A DNA stretch of 64,000 bases. Origin: a virus (Duplodnaviria > Caudoviricetes). The position numbers were made by a program, and so were the translations under genes. The DNA is taken from positions 27,638 through 91,637 of the IMG/VR virus record IMGVR_UViG_2881871051_000001. The stretch is one strand, 5' to 3'. Under the pieces are notes generated by a model. That model did no database searches. It worked only from the letters and a program-made list of their open reading frames with translations, and was not told where the DNA came from. Of this stretch, positions 40,760 through 51,654 are shown one piece after another (within the stretch, counting starts at the first letter, position 1; every line of letters starts with the position of its first letter).

Positions 40760-41502
40760 CGTACTCTATCGAATGGTACGGAAATGAGCATACGAATTGG
40801 TCCGACCGCAAAGGTTACGTCCCCTTCGTCATCGTCGATCACATTAGCGCTGGTACAATGGCGTCAATGGACGCATGGTTCCGCTCATCTGGCAACTCCG
40901 TATCGTCCGCACATTTCGGAATCTCGCGTAATGGCGAAATCCACCAATACGTTGATATCCGGAAGATGGCGTGGGGTAATGGAGCCACTGTCGCAGACTA
41001 TCCGGCCAAAGTGGCGCAAGTGGTGACGGATAATTACGGAGTCAATCCGAATTTGTATACGGTATCGATAGAACACGAAGGTACAGACGGAAGCCTAACG
41101 GAGGATCAATTTGAGGCCAGCGTATGGCTCCATACGTACATCCGCGATCAAATTGCGGAGATATACGGTGAGCAAGCGCATTTTCCGTTAGATGCGTATC
41201 ACGTTATCGGACACTACCAAATACACCGCGGCAAGCCCGTATGCCCCGGTCCGCTGTTTCCGTGGGAACGTTTATACGCAAGGCTGGCGGAGATTGACGC
41301 AAAAGGAGATGATATCATGCTAAACGCTGACGTAGCGAATACAATTATCTCAACGTTTTTGAGTCCGGAGTGGTTCCGGTGCAATGACGCGATGACCGCA
41401 GCCAGTACGGAGTCTGACGCGCGAGCCTGGCGTGAGTTGCGCGATTACCAAAAGTGGTTAGCGGATGAATTGCGGAAGGCTAGCGGTCAGAAGGCGGAAT
41501 AA
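40756..41502 (+). CDS. Endolysin, N-acetylmuramoyl-L-alanine amidase (Amidase_2)
   Basis: IVDH, SAHF, SIEHEG, IGH, CPG. Confidence 0.9.
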   Translation: MTYSIEWYGNEHTNWSDRKGYVPFVIVDHISAGTMASMDAWFRSSGNSVSSAHFGISRNGEIHQYVDIRKMAWGNGATVADYPAKVAQVVTDNYGVNPNLYTVSIEHEGTDGSLTEDQFEASVWLHTYIRDQIAEIYGEQAHFPLDAYHVIGHYQIHRGKPVCPGPLFPWERLYARLAEIDAKGDDIMLNADVANTIISTFLSPEWFRCNDAMTAASTESDARAWRELRDYQKWLADELRKASGQKAE

Positions 41503-41510
41503 TATCATAT

Positions 41511-41560
41511 AGCGCTCATCATCGGACTATTCCGTTGGTGGGCGCTTATTCTCGTTTTCG
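41511..41560 (+). terminator. Terminator after lysis cassette
   Basis: AGCGCTCATCA...TGGTGGGCGCT hairpin. Confidence 0.55.
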
Positions 41561-41578
41561 GACGTCGAAAATTAGCGT

Positions 41579-41607
41579 TTGACAAACCGCAGCGTGTCCG
41601 CTATACT
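41579..41607 (+). promoter_or_regulatory. sigmaA promoter upstream of tRNA
   Basis: TTGACA-N17-TATACT. Confidence 0.8.
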
Positions 41608-41752
41608 GGGTCTTACGTCGCGTACGATTACGGGCGCACGATTCAAACGTATAACGACTCGTTTCCGCCCGATTGACCGTTGATTTAACGGTAGTCGTAC
41701 GGGGAAAATCGAGTAATGTTCGGTGTAATGGCGCAGAATATGCGCACGATAA

Positions 41753-41831
41753 GCCGGTGTGGCGGAATGGCAGACGCGCGCGACTCAAAATCGTGAGGGA
41801 AACCGTGGAGGTTCGAGTCCTCTCACCGGCA
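41753..41831 (+). tRNA. tRNA-Leu(CAA); CCA not encoded (ends ACTA)
   Basis: Acceptor GCCGGTG/CACCGGC, anticodon loop CTCAAAA, variable arm, GGTTCGAGTCC. Confidence 0.95.
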
Positions 41832-41881
41832 CTAACAAAGCAGATTTGTAAAATTGCCTTGTGCAGTTTTATGAATCTGTT

Positions 41882-42985
41882 TTATATTTTTATGGCCTGA
41901 TTCATAGTTGCCGCTGAATTGATTTTGGAACTAAATTCAAGATGTGAATATGTGTTTGCAGTTGTAGAGTAATCACTATGGTCCAGCCATTCTTGAACCT
42001 CTTTCATACTGACACCGTTGGCTAAAAGCAGAGAGGCGCAGCTGTGGCGAAGATCATGAAAGCGAAGATGCCGCATACCATATTTTTTCAAGACAAGGGA
42101 AAAGTGCTGTGTGATGAAGTTCGGTTTAATTCGATTGCCCATTGCATCCACATTGAGATAGTCCAGGTAGTCTGTGCAGTACGAATCCTTGCAAAGGCCG
42201 CGGGTTTAAATCCCTTGTTGTTGCTTAAGATGCAGCAGCAGGTCATAGAAGGCGTCTACGAGCTGTAGAGTGCGACGGCTTGCCTTGTTCTTGTTCGATC
42301 CTTTACAATGGTGATAAGCTTTCCATTAAGTGATCCAGAAGTAACGGTGTGCTTAATCGTAATAGTTTTATTCACCAAATCAATGGCTGACCATTTCAAA
42401 CCAAGCGCCTCGCTTCGCCGCAATCCGTAAAAAGCTGCAAGGATTACAGCAAGTTCAATTTTGCTGCCTTTTACAACTTTCAGGAGTTGGTTTACTTCGG
42501 AAGCACTGTACGCACTTCCGACAAAGGTTTCTTTTTTAGGGCGCTTAACCTTATCGGCTTGGTTGGAATGGATAATCTCAGTAACAAAGGCATATTGAAG
42601 CGCTGATCGAATATTTGCATGATAATGAGTGACCGTGTCGGCTTTTACCTTCCATTCGGTATAGGCATATTGGTAAAAATCCTAAATGTGATGCCCTTTT
42701 CTTTAAAATATGGTACTATACGGCCTTTTACAGAATTGGAGTATGAAATATAGTTCGTAAGTTCAATGCTAGGCCTAACGATCTCCAACCAATCGAGCAT
42801 GAAATCTGCAAACAAGATCTGGTCATTGTCCTCCGCTTTCTCTTCTTCCGGAATATGTGCGGAGATGATTAGTTCTTCTTCAGCTTGCGCATTTGCTGCT
42901 AATTCAAAATTCTGCCGCGCCTCCAGCAATAAGCCTTCCGCCTTCTTCTTGTTGCCCTTTACCGCCAATCCGGTGGGAATCCACT
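41882..42985 (-). pseudogene. int: Tyrosine integrase, frameshifted and 5' truncated
   Basis: HDLRHSCASLL and HSDYSTTANTYSH in fragments across several frames. Confidence 0.85.
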
Positions 42986-43028
42986 CGGAAAAGAAGGAGG
43001 GCCACGGATATGTAAAGGTGATTTCGAC

Positions 43029-43412
43029 TTACATTTCCAAGCGGCTTTTAAGCTTGCCTAATAACATTCTTTTAGTCTTGCTAACCGCCTGTTGGGTTAT
43101 TCCCAACAATTGAGCGATTTCTGCGTCGGTTTTCTCTTCGTAAAACTTCATGAACAACAGTTTTCTTTCCATTGGATTCAAGGCTCGAATGACAGAGAGC
43201 AAGCATTCCTGGGCTTCCGCATAAACAATAGGAGAGGAGAAGCGATTCATCATGAGATATATGCCATCGGTTTCTTCATCCAATGGTTTTGTGCAAAGAA
43301 GCTCTCGGTCTATCCTCCGAAAAAAATCCCGACTCGTATGAAACAAGCATGCGTGGATATAGCGGCTGAATCCCTTCTCAACATTGGCAAGTATCTGTTG
43401 GTCATTACTCAT
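43029..43412 (-). CDS. Sigma70 region-4 protein
   Basis: TDAEIAQLLGITQQAVSK HTH. Confidence 0.75.
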   Translation of the reverse strand: MSNDQQILANVEKGFSRYIHACLFHTSRDFFRRIDRELLCTKPLDEETDGIYLMMNRFSSPIVYAEAQECLLSVIRALNPMERKLLFMKFYEEKTDAEIAQLLGITQQAVSKTKRMLLGKLKSRLEM

Positions 43413-43734
43413 TATAAACATCTCCCTTCATCCTAAAATAGGAAGCACTTTTGAAAAAAACAACTTTGGACAAAATATTGACAAATTTTTTCGACAGTTG
43501 TTAAGTCTTTTGTAAAGAATGAAAAAAAACATCCCACCATCGTGCTGAACTTGCTGGATAAATATCCAGCACTCCAACGAGAAAGGGGGATGTTTTTAAG
43601 CTAAAAATTACAAGAAATATTTTTAATTTTACTTGAAGCACAGTTCATTAGATATATTAAGCTCCGAAATTATACCTATCGAATTCATGAGGTGTTGGAG
43701 GAGCCAAGATCAATGCCAAGCATGGAACACGAGA

Positions 43735-45036
43735 CTACGATGGTTTTTTTTCAGAAAAGGGAATCATTAAAAAAGCTTGGAAATCGTTTGGTTCTACTAT
43801 TACATGGAAATATCCATTATATTTCTCTGCAATTCCGCGAATATTGGACAGACCATATCCATGATCTGCCGGATTTGTCTTGGATGTGCGCGGAATGATT
43901 GTGTCCTTTGAAAAAGGTTTTGAATTGCACACGGAGATACGGAGTGACGACCGATCACTGGAAAGATCAAGGCGAATAAAGCGATTTTCTGTTTGAGGAA
44001 CCCGGTTAACTGCTTCTATCGCATTATCAAGTAGATTGCCTAAAGCTGTACATAGATCAACATGATCTATGTCAATCGCCGCGGGGCGATGAAGACGTAT
44101 GTGGTGATCAAAGTCAACGCCAAGATCATGAGCTTGATTTAAGGCTTGACTCACTAGAGCATCAATAACCAAGTGGCCCGTTTGGATGCGTAAATAGCTG
44201 GAACCCAGATGCTCCAAGATATCGTTAACGTGCTTTAACGCTTCATTTGTTCGTTGTTCCAGCAGGCAGGTACGAAAAAAGACCAGTTGCTTTTTGGTAT
44301 CATGAACGATCCCTTGAATACGCGCGAAAGATTCCGAAGATTGTTCATAGCGAATTTTTTGCTGGAGCATCTGTCTGGATAAAGCTTGTTTTTCATCTGC
44401 CAATCGAAATGACTTTATAACGTGATCAAAAAGAAGCACCAAAAGCAGATTGATCAGCAGAATTTCCAAGACGTAAAAGATATAAAGAGAATTTTTCTCC
44501 GTGTGAAAACAAAGCACATGCAGGATTAGCAAGCTTCCCAGATGGACAGTAGCCATACACAGGTAATACAACGAGCTTATGCGATATTCGGTTTCTTTAT
44601 GGATCAACTGGATGACTTTGATGAATAGCAGCATGATAAGCGCAGAAGCAAGCAAGATATACAGTCGTACCTCTGGATCAAGAAGCGAAGCTTGCGATGG
44701 ATCATTAAACTGAATGAGTAGCGCATAGGAGACTGACTCAGCGATGAAACCAAGAATCAAGTAGAGTAACGCATATAGCCATTTTGTTCTTAGGCGAGCG
44801 ACATAAAGTCTGGAAACTAACAAGGAACTTAACACTGACAAGCCCCCAGTTACAACCGGTGAAAAAAAGGAGGCTGAAGAGAAAAATAATATACCTCCTG
44901 ACAGCGTATAGTGAACGGCAGTTTGTTGCCAAGTTGCCGTTACAACTGAAGGAAGCAGTACATTAAAATAGCGGTTGAGCAGAAAGAGTTGCAAGAACGT
45001 TGTGAGGATAAACAGAGCACTAGGCAAAGCCATCAC
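43735..45036 (-). CDS. AgrC-like membrane histidine kinase
   Basis: Multi-TM sensor, HDTKKQ, NLLDNAIEA, HGYGL. Confidence 0.9.
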   Translation of the reverse strand: MMALPSALFILTTFLQLFLLNRYFNVLLPSVVTATWQQTAVHYTLSGGILFFSSASFFSPVVTGGLSVLSSLLVSRLYVARLRTKWLYALLYLILGFIAESVSYALLIQFNDPSQASLLDPEVRLYILLASALIMLLFIKVIQLIHKETEYRISSLYYLCMATVHLGSLLILHVLCFHTEKNSLYIFYVLEILLINLLLVLLFDHVIKSFRLADEKQALSRQMLQQKIRYEQSSESFARIQGIVHDTKKQLVFFRTCLLEQRTNEALKHVNDILEHLGSSYLRIQTGHLVIDALVSQALNQAHDLGVDFDHHIRLHRPAAIDIDHVDLCTALGNLLDNAIEAVNRVPQTENRFIRLDLSSDRSSLRISVCNSKPFSKDTIIPRTSKTNPADHGYGLSNIRGIAEKYNGYFHVIVEPNDFQAFLMIPFSEKKPS

Positions 45037-45784
45037 GTTCCTTTTGAAAATGAGCGGTCAAAAATTTGGCGTAAGCTGCTTGCAGTTCAGTAGCATGAGA
45101 ACGCCCTATCGGGAAGGAGTGTCCATTGGTCATCGTGACAGATGTAGACGTAAATTTTTGAATATAATACAAATTCACGATGATAGAACGATGGATTAAT
45201 ACAAAAGGATAGCCACCTAATTTTCTAAGCACACCTTGAAGTGTTTCCGTTATCGCGTGGCTTCCAGAATCGGTAAGAATGTCAAGCTGATTCTGAACGA
45301 TAGTGTGCTTCACCTTCTTTATGGCAATGATGCTAGAGTGCCGCAGGAGTAGATGCCCAGTTTTAGTTTGGATATATAAAAAGCGGTGCGTGGATGAAAG
45401 AATATGCTGACAGAGTCTACTCATTTTTTCGGCAAAAAAATCGTAAGCAATCGGTTTGATCCAATACTGAAAGGGCTGTGCTTCCAGACTGCTCATGATG
45501 TAATTCGGATGGCTGGTCAAATAGGCAATTTGAACCTCGCGGTCTGGAAGAAGCCTTATAGTGTTAGCAAGTTCAATTCCTGTTAATCCCTCCATCTCAA
45601 TATCCAAAATCAGGATATGAAAAGGAAAAACTGAGCATTTTCGATAATATTGTAGTAAATCCTCGCCGCAAATAAAGAAATGTACATCAAACTTGCAGCC
45701 AAAGGCTACGGAGAAGCGCTCGAAAAATTTCTGCATGACTGCGTGAATTTCAGTTTCATCATCACAAATTGCCACTTGGAACAT
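45020..45784 (-). CDS. AgrA-like LytTR response regulator
   Basis: ICDD, LDIEM, KP, IHRSIIVN. Confidence 0.9.
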   Translation of the reverse strand: MFQVAICDDETEIHAVMQKFFERFSVAFGCKFDVHFFICGEDLLQYYRKCSVFPFHILILDIEMEGLTGIELANTIRLLPDREVQIAYLTSHPNYIMSSLEAQPFQYWIKPIAYDFFAEKMSRLCQHILSSTHRFLYIQTKTGHLLLRHSSIIAIKKVKHTIVQNQLDILTDSGSHAITETLQGVLRKLGGYPFVLIHRSIIVNLYYIQKFTSTSVTMTNGHSFPIGRSHATELQAAYAKFLTAHFQKERDGFA

Positions 45785-45906
45785 GTAATCACTTCCAATG
45801 GAGGTAGAAATATTTATTTCATTATAACATAAGGAATATACATCGACAAATTACGTAAGTTGATTTAGAATCCCGAAGAAAAAGGTACACATAGAAAATA
45901 AATAAT

Positions 45907-46045
45907 TGATACCTGACATCAGGGCGTCGTTCACATGGATTTATCTGTTATTCGCATGAAAATACCCACATATATACCAACATATGCTATATTTCTTTTT
46001 GGGAGATAGGTTAATGATACGATAGTTTGTGAATCATTTAACAAG
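45907..46045 (+). promoter_or_regulatory. LytTR promoter copy 1 with dead agrB start
   Basis: GTCGTTCACATGG/GTTATTCGCATGA 21 bp apart, TGCTATATT; homologous to 48931-49068. Confidence 0.7.
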
Positions 46046-46447
46046 TGATATATATTCTCTAAATACGGTTCAATGAATTTTATTTCAATTTCGGTGTTGG
46101 ACGTTGCCGTCTTTGTGATCAAATAGGAGAACATCAGCGAGGACGGGAGCGGTAATTATAATCTGATGTTTGGAGAAAGGAGGAACATATCAATTTAAAC
46201 AATTTATATCAGTGCTACATTTTGAAGGAGTAAGCATGTTTGGGAGTAAATGGATGGAACTGGACGAGATATTTTCTGCCTTTATAATCAAATTTCTGCA
46301 AGACTATGCCCAATGAACTTACTTATGACTCAAAGGTTGTTTTATCCGCTTGTATTTTAACTGATACCATTTTCAAAACCAGATCGTCTAATGATCCACG
46401 CAATTAGCAAGATAATTTTAAAATATTATTTTTGGAGGTGTTTGGAA

Positions 46448-47554
46448 GTGAAGAAAAGCATTACCTCAATATTTATCGCCACAATATTGTTAGTTGTTTC
46501 GAGTGCTAGTTCTTTTGCAGAAAGCAAAACTCCTCAGGATAATATTTTTATTGATTCGAGTATTTCAAAAGCAGATCAGGCTTTGTTGCTTAAAGTCATG
46601 AAAACACTTGATGTTGAAGATAGAGAAAATGTATTATACATTAGGGAAGATGGATCATTTATCGCAAATAAACCTGAAGTTGCCGAAGAATTTAAAAAAC
46701 AAAATATGGATAAGCTCGATACTGAAGGCAGGCTCTTAATTCAAAGTGATCAGGCTATTAAAGAAGAAAAGCCAAGTGATAAGTGTAAAGTGGATAGCAG
46801 TAAAAGTGCATTGTTAGCAAGCACTGGTTGGAAAAATGCTGATGAGTCTTGCGGTGGTGTTAACACTGGAGCATTTCGCCGTGTAATCTCTGACAAAGGA
46901 TTTTCACGTTTGCACACTTATATTCATCTTCCATCTAAAACTGGTGGCGGCCTTTACATTAATTCAAGCTCCACCAAAGGTGATACAGCTTTCATATACA
47001 CAGGCGCTACTGATAAAGATGGTGACAGCGTAGATATTGGATTGCAATATAATAATTCCTCCCCCAATAACTATCCCTGGGACGATACTTGGGCCATGTT
47101 TCTTCGAGGGGATAATGGACAAACCGCTCCCACTTATGCTAATTTTAAACCAGGGCAAATTATTCTTATGAAATTTTATGTACCCTCAAATAACAATGTT
47201 GCCTTAAATGTAACGGGATATGATAAAAGTGGGGTTATGAGAAATTCAACTTTAACAGGGACTGTTTCATGGCTAAGAAATTTTAAAGCGGATGGCACAG
47301 GAATGAATATTAAAAGGGTAACTTCCATGGCGCAACTACCTCCTGAAGATTTGACAACTGGCTCTTATGTCGGCTCAAAGAGCGATCCTGTTTTTTGGGA
47401 CACCGTACGAATTGGCAAGGGAAACGATTCGGAAAGTGTTGAACCAATGACTATTGGCTGGTTCTGTGGTTATCAAACAAACAACGTTCTTATTGATTTC
47501 ACTGATCATAATAATGAAAAAATAATTGTTAAAACAGGAACATTAACACCGTAA
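46448..47554 (+). CDS. Secreted protein, YrpD-like beta-rich C-domain
   Basis: Signal peptide; GAFRRV, IHLP, FIYTG, DIGLQY. Confidence 0.65.
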   Translation: MKKSITSIFIATILLVVSSASSFAESKTPQDNIFIDSSISKADQALLLKVMKTLDVEDRENVLYIREDGSFIANKPEVAEEFKKQNMDKLDTEGRLLIQSDQAIKEEKPSDKCKVDSSKSALLASTGWKNADESCGGVNTGAFRRVISDKGFSRLHTYIHLPSKTGGGLYINSSSTKGDTAFIYTGATDKDGDSVDIGLQYNNSSPNNYPWDDTWAMFLRGDNGQTAPTYANFKPGQIILMKFYVPSNNNVALNVTGYDKSGVMRNSTLTGTVSWLRNFKADGTGMNIKRVTSMAQLPPEDLTTGSYVGSKSDPVFWDTVRIGKGNDSESVEPMTIGWFCGYQTNNVLIDFTDHNNEKIIVKTGTLTP

Positions 47555-47632
47555 TCTAATTAAATCTTCTTTTCAGTTTGCCAAAACAGGCCATGCTCTT
47601 GTTAGTAAGGTTCCACGCATTCGTTTTTTCAT

Positions 47633-47676
47633 ATGAAAGGAGTACTCAATTGGGTTGAGTACTCCTTTCAGGTTTT
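47633..47676 (+). terminator. Intrinsic terminator
   Basis: TGAAAGGAGTACTCAA/TTGAGTACTCCTTTCA inverted repeat. Confidence 0.75.
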
Positions 47677-48193
47677 ATGTTCGTATATTTAGCTTAAGCT
47701 TCATGAATTTCATCTAGCAAAAGAGTTTCGCTTCTATAAGAAGGCTTCGATAATCACTGCGTTCAATCATTGTTGATTGTGAAAAGCTATCATCGGTTAC
47801 CATATAGGCTGTGAATCAGATAGTGATACCAACCGGATTATTAGGATTGTATTTCTCATAGCAAGTGTCATAGACAATCTTTTTCCATTTTGCCATTTTG
47901 CTGTGAATATACTTTATCGTCATATTTATACGTCAACCTTGCATCCCATGACATACCAAGGAGATTAATATGGGGATTCATAGTTTTGATCAAGTGGTCA
48001 TGTTGTAGACTTGAGTCAACAAAGAAATTCCGATTTGTTGTTTGGAAAACTCTAATTTCAAAGCCACAATGAACTTGACGAACGACAGGTAACAGGATAC
48101 CATGAAGGTAACGTATCTCCTTTATTCTGGAAATATAGTTGTGGAAAAATTTAGGTGATCGACAGATTTTCTCATTTTAGAGGTGATGATAAA

Positions 48194-48616
48194 GTGAAAA
48201 AAAATAAAAAGAAAATAATATTATTATTAATCTTGCTTATTATCATACTATTTTTGGTTGCGTATGCGATTATATTCGTATATCCTTATTCGAAGTATAA
48301 CGTGGGCTCTACTCATACATTAGAGCGATTTTATCAAGCTTTTACAGAAAAAGATTATGGAGAAATAAGTGAATTAATGGAAAATGGCAATCCGCAACCT
48401 ATTATTACGACAAGGCAATTGTATGGTGATATTGAAGACTTTAAAATACTATATTGCTATAATCATGGACAAAATCGAAAAAAAGTACGTATTCAAATTA
48501 GAGCTTCCAGAAATGATACCCAATATAAGAATTATGATACGGTCCTTATGATTAAAAAAGAAGGAAACTGGGTAGTTAGGTCGTATCATTCAAATGTTGA
48601 GTATGTCCTTCCCTGA
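48194..48616 (+). CDS. Membrane-anchored NTF2-like protein
   Basis: N-terminal TM; MIKKEGNWVV C-terminus. Confidence 0.6.
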   Translation: MKKNKKKIILLLILLIIILFLVAYAIIFVYPYSKYNVGSTHTLERFYQAFTEKDYGEISELMENGNPQPIITTRQLYGDIEDFKILYCYNHGQNRKKVRIQIRASRNDTQYKNYDTVLMIKKEGNWVVRSYHSNVEYVLP

Positions 48617-48930
48617 AATCAAAATTTCTTGCTAAACGAATCCATTATTACGAAAAAATAATCAGGAAACCCCTTGTGCTGACAAAAGACGATATTGAAC
48701 TGATGCAGCGCAAGAAAGTGGAGCAGGATTAGTACACCTCATAAAGGAAGAGCCTGATTATCTGAAAAAGCAGCAGGTCTACTGAGTAAAAATCTCAAAA
48801 ACGGGAAGCTGGAGTCGAAAAGACGACTTAGCTTCCCGTTTATTTATACTCTTTGGACAATTTAGTGAATGTACATATATCAACAATTTTTTATGATTTA
48901 CAAATGAAAAATATATCAACTGAAGATGAA

Positions 48931-49036
48931 TGATACCTGACATGATTTCGTTATTCGCATGGTTTTGTCTGTTATTGGCATGGAAATTCCCAAAATTCTT
49001 CCAACATATGCTATATTGCTAGTGGGGGATGGGTTA
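48931..49036 (+). promoter_or_regulatory. LytTR promoter copy 2 (agrBD operon)
   Basis: GTTATTCGCATGG and GTTATTGGCATGG 21 bp apart, extended -10 TGCTATATT. Confidence 0.75.
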
Positions 49037-49600
49037 ATGATACAACAGCTTGTGAATCATTTAACAAGGGAAATAATTAAACGTGGCGTAGCGAAAAAAG
49101 AAGAAATTCCTGTCATTCGATATGGTTTGCAAATGATCGTTGAAATCACTCTGATTGCATTTTCAATGCTGGCCGTTGCCGTCATTATGGACCAAACTAG
49201 AGAAGCAGTAGCGTGGATGGGAACGGTGATCATAATCCGAAGTTTGAAGGGAGGGAAACACGCCAAAACCTTTCAGCAATGCTATCTGATTACAGTCGGC
49301 ACCTTTGTCACTAGCATGCTCGTAGTGGATGGAATTCCAACCAGTCAAAAACTGCAACTGAGTTGCTGGATTTGCTTTATGTTCATACTTCTTCTATACG
49401 TGCTTGAATTAAGAATGGGAAGTGCGAGGATACGAAAGTTAAGAAAAATCGGTTTTATGATTACAGCGGGATATGTATTGGCGATGTTGTTTTTTCTTAG
49501 CTTTCAAATTAGTCACACCACCATGCTAGCAAGCTTGATAGGAATGATTGCAGCACAAGCATCTTATTGCTTAAAAGAAAGGAACATCATCCATGAATAG
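49037..49600 (+). CDS. agrB: AgrB-like AIP maturation protease
   Basis: YGLQ, RSLKGGKHAKTFQQC catalytic H/C motif. Confidence 0.88.
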   Translation: MIQQLVNHLTREIIKRGVAKKEEIPVIRYGLQMIVEITLIAFSMLAVAVIMDQTREAVAWMGTVIIIRSLKGGKHAKTFQQCYLITVGTFVTSMLVVDGIPTSQKLQLSCWICFMFILLLYVLELRMGSARIRKLRKIGFMITAGYVLAMLFFLSFQISHTTMLASLIGMIAAQASYCLKERNIIHE

Positions 49601-49745
49601 GGTATTAACTATCAAGAATCTGCCTTGGAAGGTTATTGGCTTAGCCGCTACGGCCTTTGCGATGCTTGGAGCAAATATCACTTGCTGGTGGATTGCTCAT
49701 GAGCCAGAGATGCCGAAGGAAGTTAAAAATTTCAAAAAAATTTAG
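49593..49745 (+). CDS. agrD: AgrD-like autoinducer precursor (50 aa)
   Basis: MNRVL...ANIT-CWWIA-HEPEMPKEV, overlapping agrB stop. Confidence 0.88.
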   Translation: MNRVLTIKNLPWKVIGLAATAFAMLGANITCWWIAHEPEMPKEVKNFKKI

Positions 49746-49773
49746 ACTTGTATCATAAGGAGGAAGCAACAAT

Positions 49774-50715
49774 ATGAAGGGTTTATTCGTTAAAGGGGTA
49801 AAAACCCTTATCATTCTGAGTTTTTTATTTAGCTTCCACATTTCCCCTGCATTTGCACAGGAGACTGTTGACACACAAGGGTCTGATAATGTACAGGTTG
49901 ATCTTTTTGCGAATGATCAAATCGTCACCAAAAATGTTAGCACGGGTGAAATAACAACCCAAGCTATTCCAGAGGTGCCTACTCAAAAAAATAGCTTAAG
50001 CAATTTTTCGCCAGCTTATATTCCTGAGGGAAATCAAATTACTCCTAACCCAGTCGATGAAATCAAACCATTCTCTGTTATAGGAACAGATGAACGTACA
50101 GAAATGTCTCCTTATATATGGGGAATTGCCTTTTTAGAAATTCATTGGCCTAATGGGCAGACAAGTAGAGGGACCGGATTCTTTATTTCTGATGATGTGT
50201 TGGCTACAGCTGGACATTGCGTGTACAATTCAAGCAAAGGCGGCTGGGCTTCCTCCATCAGTGTCTCTCCAAGCATAGATGGTTCCTATGCACCATTTGG
50301 GACTGTCCAAGGCACATATTTTCATACAAGTGATACTTATATTTCTGAAGGAACTGCAGCTTATGATTATGGCGTAATTGAAGTGGGAAATAATTTAGGT
50401 TCACAGACTGGTTATTTTGGCTATGGAGTGGAGAGTTCCATATATGGTTTAAATGTTACTATTACGGGATATCCTGGGGATCATTTAAAAGAACAATGGA
50501 CCGCTAGTGGTACAATAACTTCAAGTAATTATTTATATTATAGAATTTATTATGCAATTGATACTGAATCTGGACAAAGCGGTGCTCCTGTTTATAAAAG
50601 TGGAAACATAGCTGTTGGAATACACACAGATGGGACTACCATTGGGAATCCGGAGAATTCAGGGGTGAGATTTACTTCATCTTTGAAAAACTGGTTGGAC
50701 ACTTTTCGTAATTAA
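49774..50715 (+). CDS. Secreted V8/glutamyl-endopeptidase-like serine protease
   Basis: TAGHC, DYG, GYPGD, GQSGAP. Confidence 0.9.
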   Translation: MKGLFVKGVKTLIILSFLFSFHISPAFAQETVDTQGSDNVQVDLFANDQIVTKNVSTGEITTQAIPEVPTQKNSLSNFSPAYIPEGNQITPNPVDEIKPFSVIGTDERTEMSPYIWGIAFLEIHWPNGQTSRGTGFFISDDVLATAGHCVYNSSKGGWASSISVSPSIDGSYAPFGTVQGTYFHTSDTYISEGTAAYDYGVIEVGNNLGSQTGYFGYGVESSIYGLNVTITGYPGDHLKEQWTASGTITSSNYLYYRIYYAIDTESGQSGAPVYKSGNIAVGIHTDGTTIGNPENSGVRFTSSLKNWLDTFRN

Positions 50716-50737
50716 AACTAAGGTTTGAGGAGGAGCA

Positions 50738-51121
50738 ATGAAGAATAAAAGGAATAAAAAAATTTTATTTTCTATTGCTTTTATCCTATTTAGTATTCTT
50801 GCTGGATGCATCATCATAATTATGTTAAATAGACCCCCTCCCCCCTCTGTCACTTTTTTGTTGACAACTCCGGAAGGGGACGCTGTGAACGAGGCTACGG
50901 TTAATATTGGAATTCGTGAAAATCAAAGATTCAGAATAAGCGCAAATGATATTGCAGATTTGGTCGGTGCAACCGGTTCAGATGGCATAGTTGAGTGGAA
51001 GCACCCGGTCACTGGAAAACACAAACTTTTTATAAGCTTTGATGGAAAAAATCAAACTTATGACATTAAAGTTCCAATACAATCTGGCCCCATTCAAATT
51101 GCATTGGTGTGGAATCCATAA
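50738..51121 (+). CDS. Membrane-anchored beta-sandwich protein
   Basis: N-terminal TM, RBS GAGGAG. Confidence 0.65.
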   Translation: MKNKRNKKILFSIAFILFSILAGCIIIIMLNRPPPPSVTFLLTTPEGDAVNEATVNIGIRENQRFRISANDIADLVGATGSDGIVEWKHPVTGKHKLFISFDGKNQTYDIKVPIQSGPIQIALVWNP

Positions 51122-51654
51122 TGGTGTCAACACAAAGATGTATTTATGGCTGAAGTAGCCGATGATGAGTATCTTCCCGTAATCGAACTGAAGGATAAGA
51201 TAATGCGTAGTGAATATGCCAAGAGACTCAGGTCGCATGTATTGTACATGTTTTCTGAGAGCAACTTCGAGTGTTGACCGCTTGCCGTCTTACCGAAATT
51301 TAGGTATAATTGGTAATTTTTATGTGTCTGTGATCATAATTCGTCGATTTGGAGGGAGGAGTTCACTTAGTTGCCGTATTGAAATAAGATGCTCTTTTTC
51401 TCACCTATAATACTATGAAACTATTAGCTTCTGAAGAGAGAAAGTAGTAGGTTATTACATACGACTCCTTAAAACATTTTTAGTGACTAAACCAAATGCA
51501 GGTTAGAGCCATCGTCGATATGGTTATTTGTGTTGCTATTACATTATTCTCATCCGCCCCGAAAGATCGGAGTAAAATTGCTCATGAACTGAGTATGTTG
51601 AAGGAAGTAAAAGAATTAAAAGTTTTAAATTCCACACGATTAGGAGATGTGTAA

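Larger units (their letters stand above)
1..41752 (+). mobile_element. Prophage (siphovirus), left part outside window
   Basis: Co-oriented replication/metabolism, terminase, portal, capsid, tail, holin and amidase genes; CG-rich word usage ends at the tRNA. Confidence 0.95.

Noticed and set aside
46236-46316. Short ORF as a second agrD
   Set aside because: No Cys-x4 ring followed by an acidic Pro tail in a single frame
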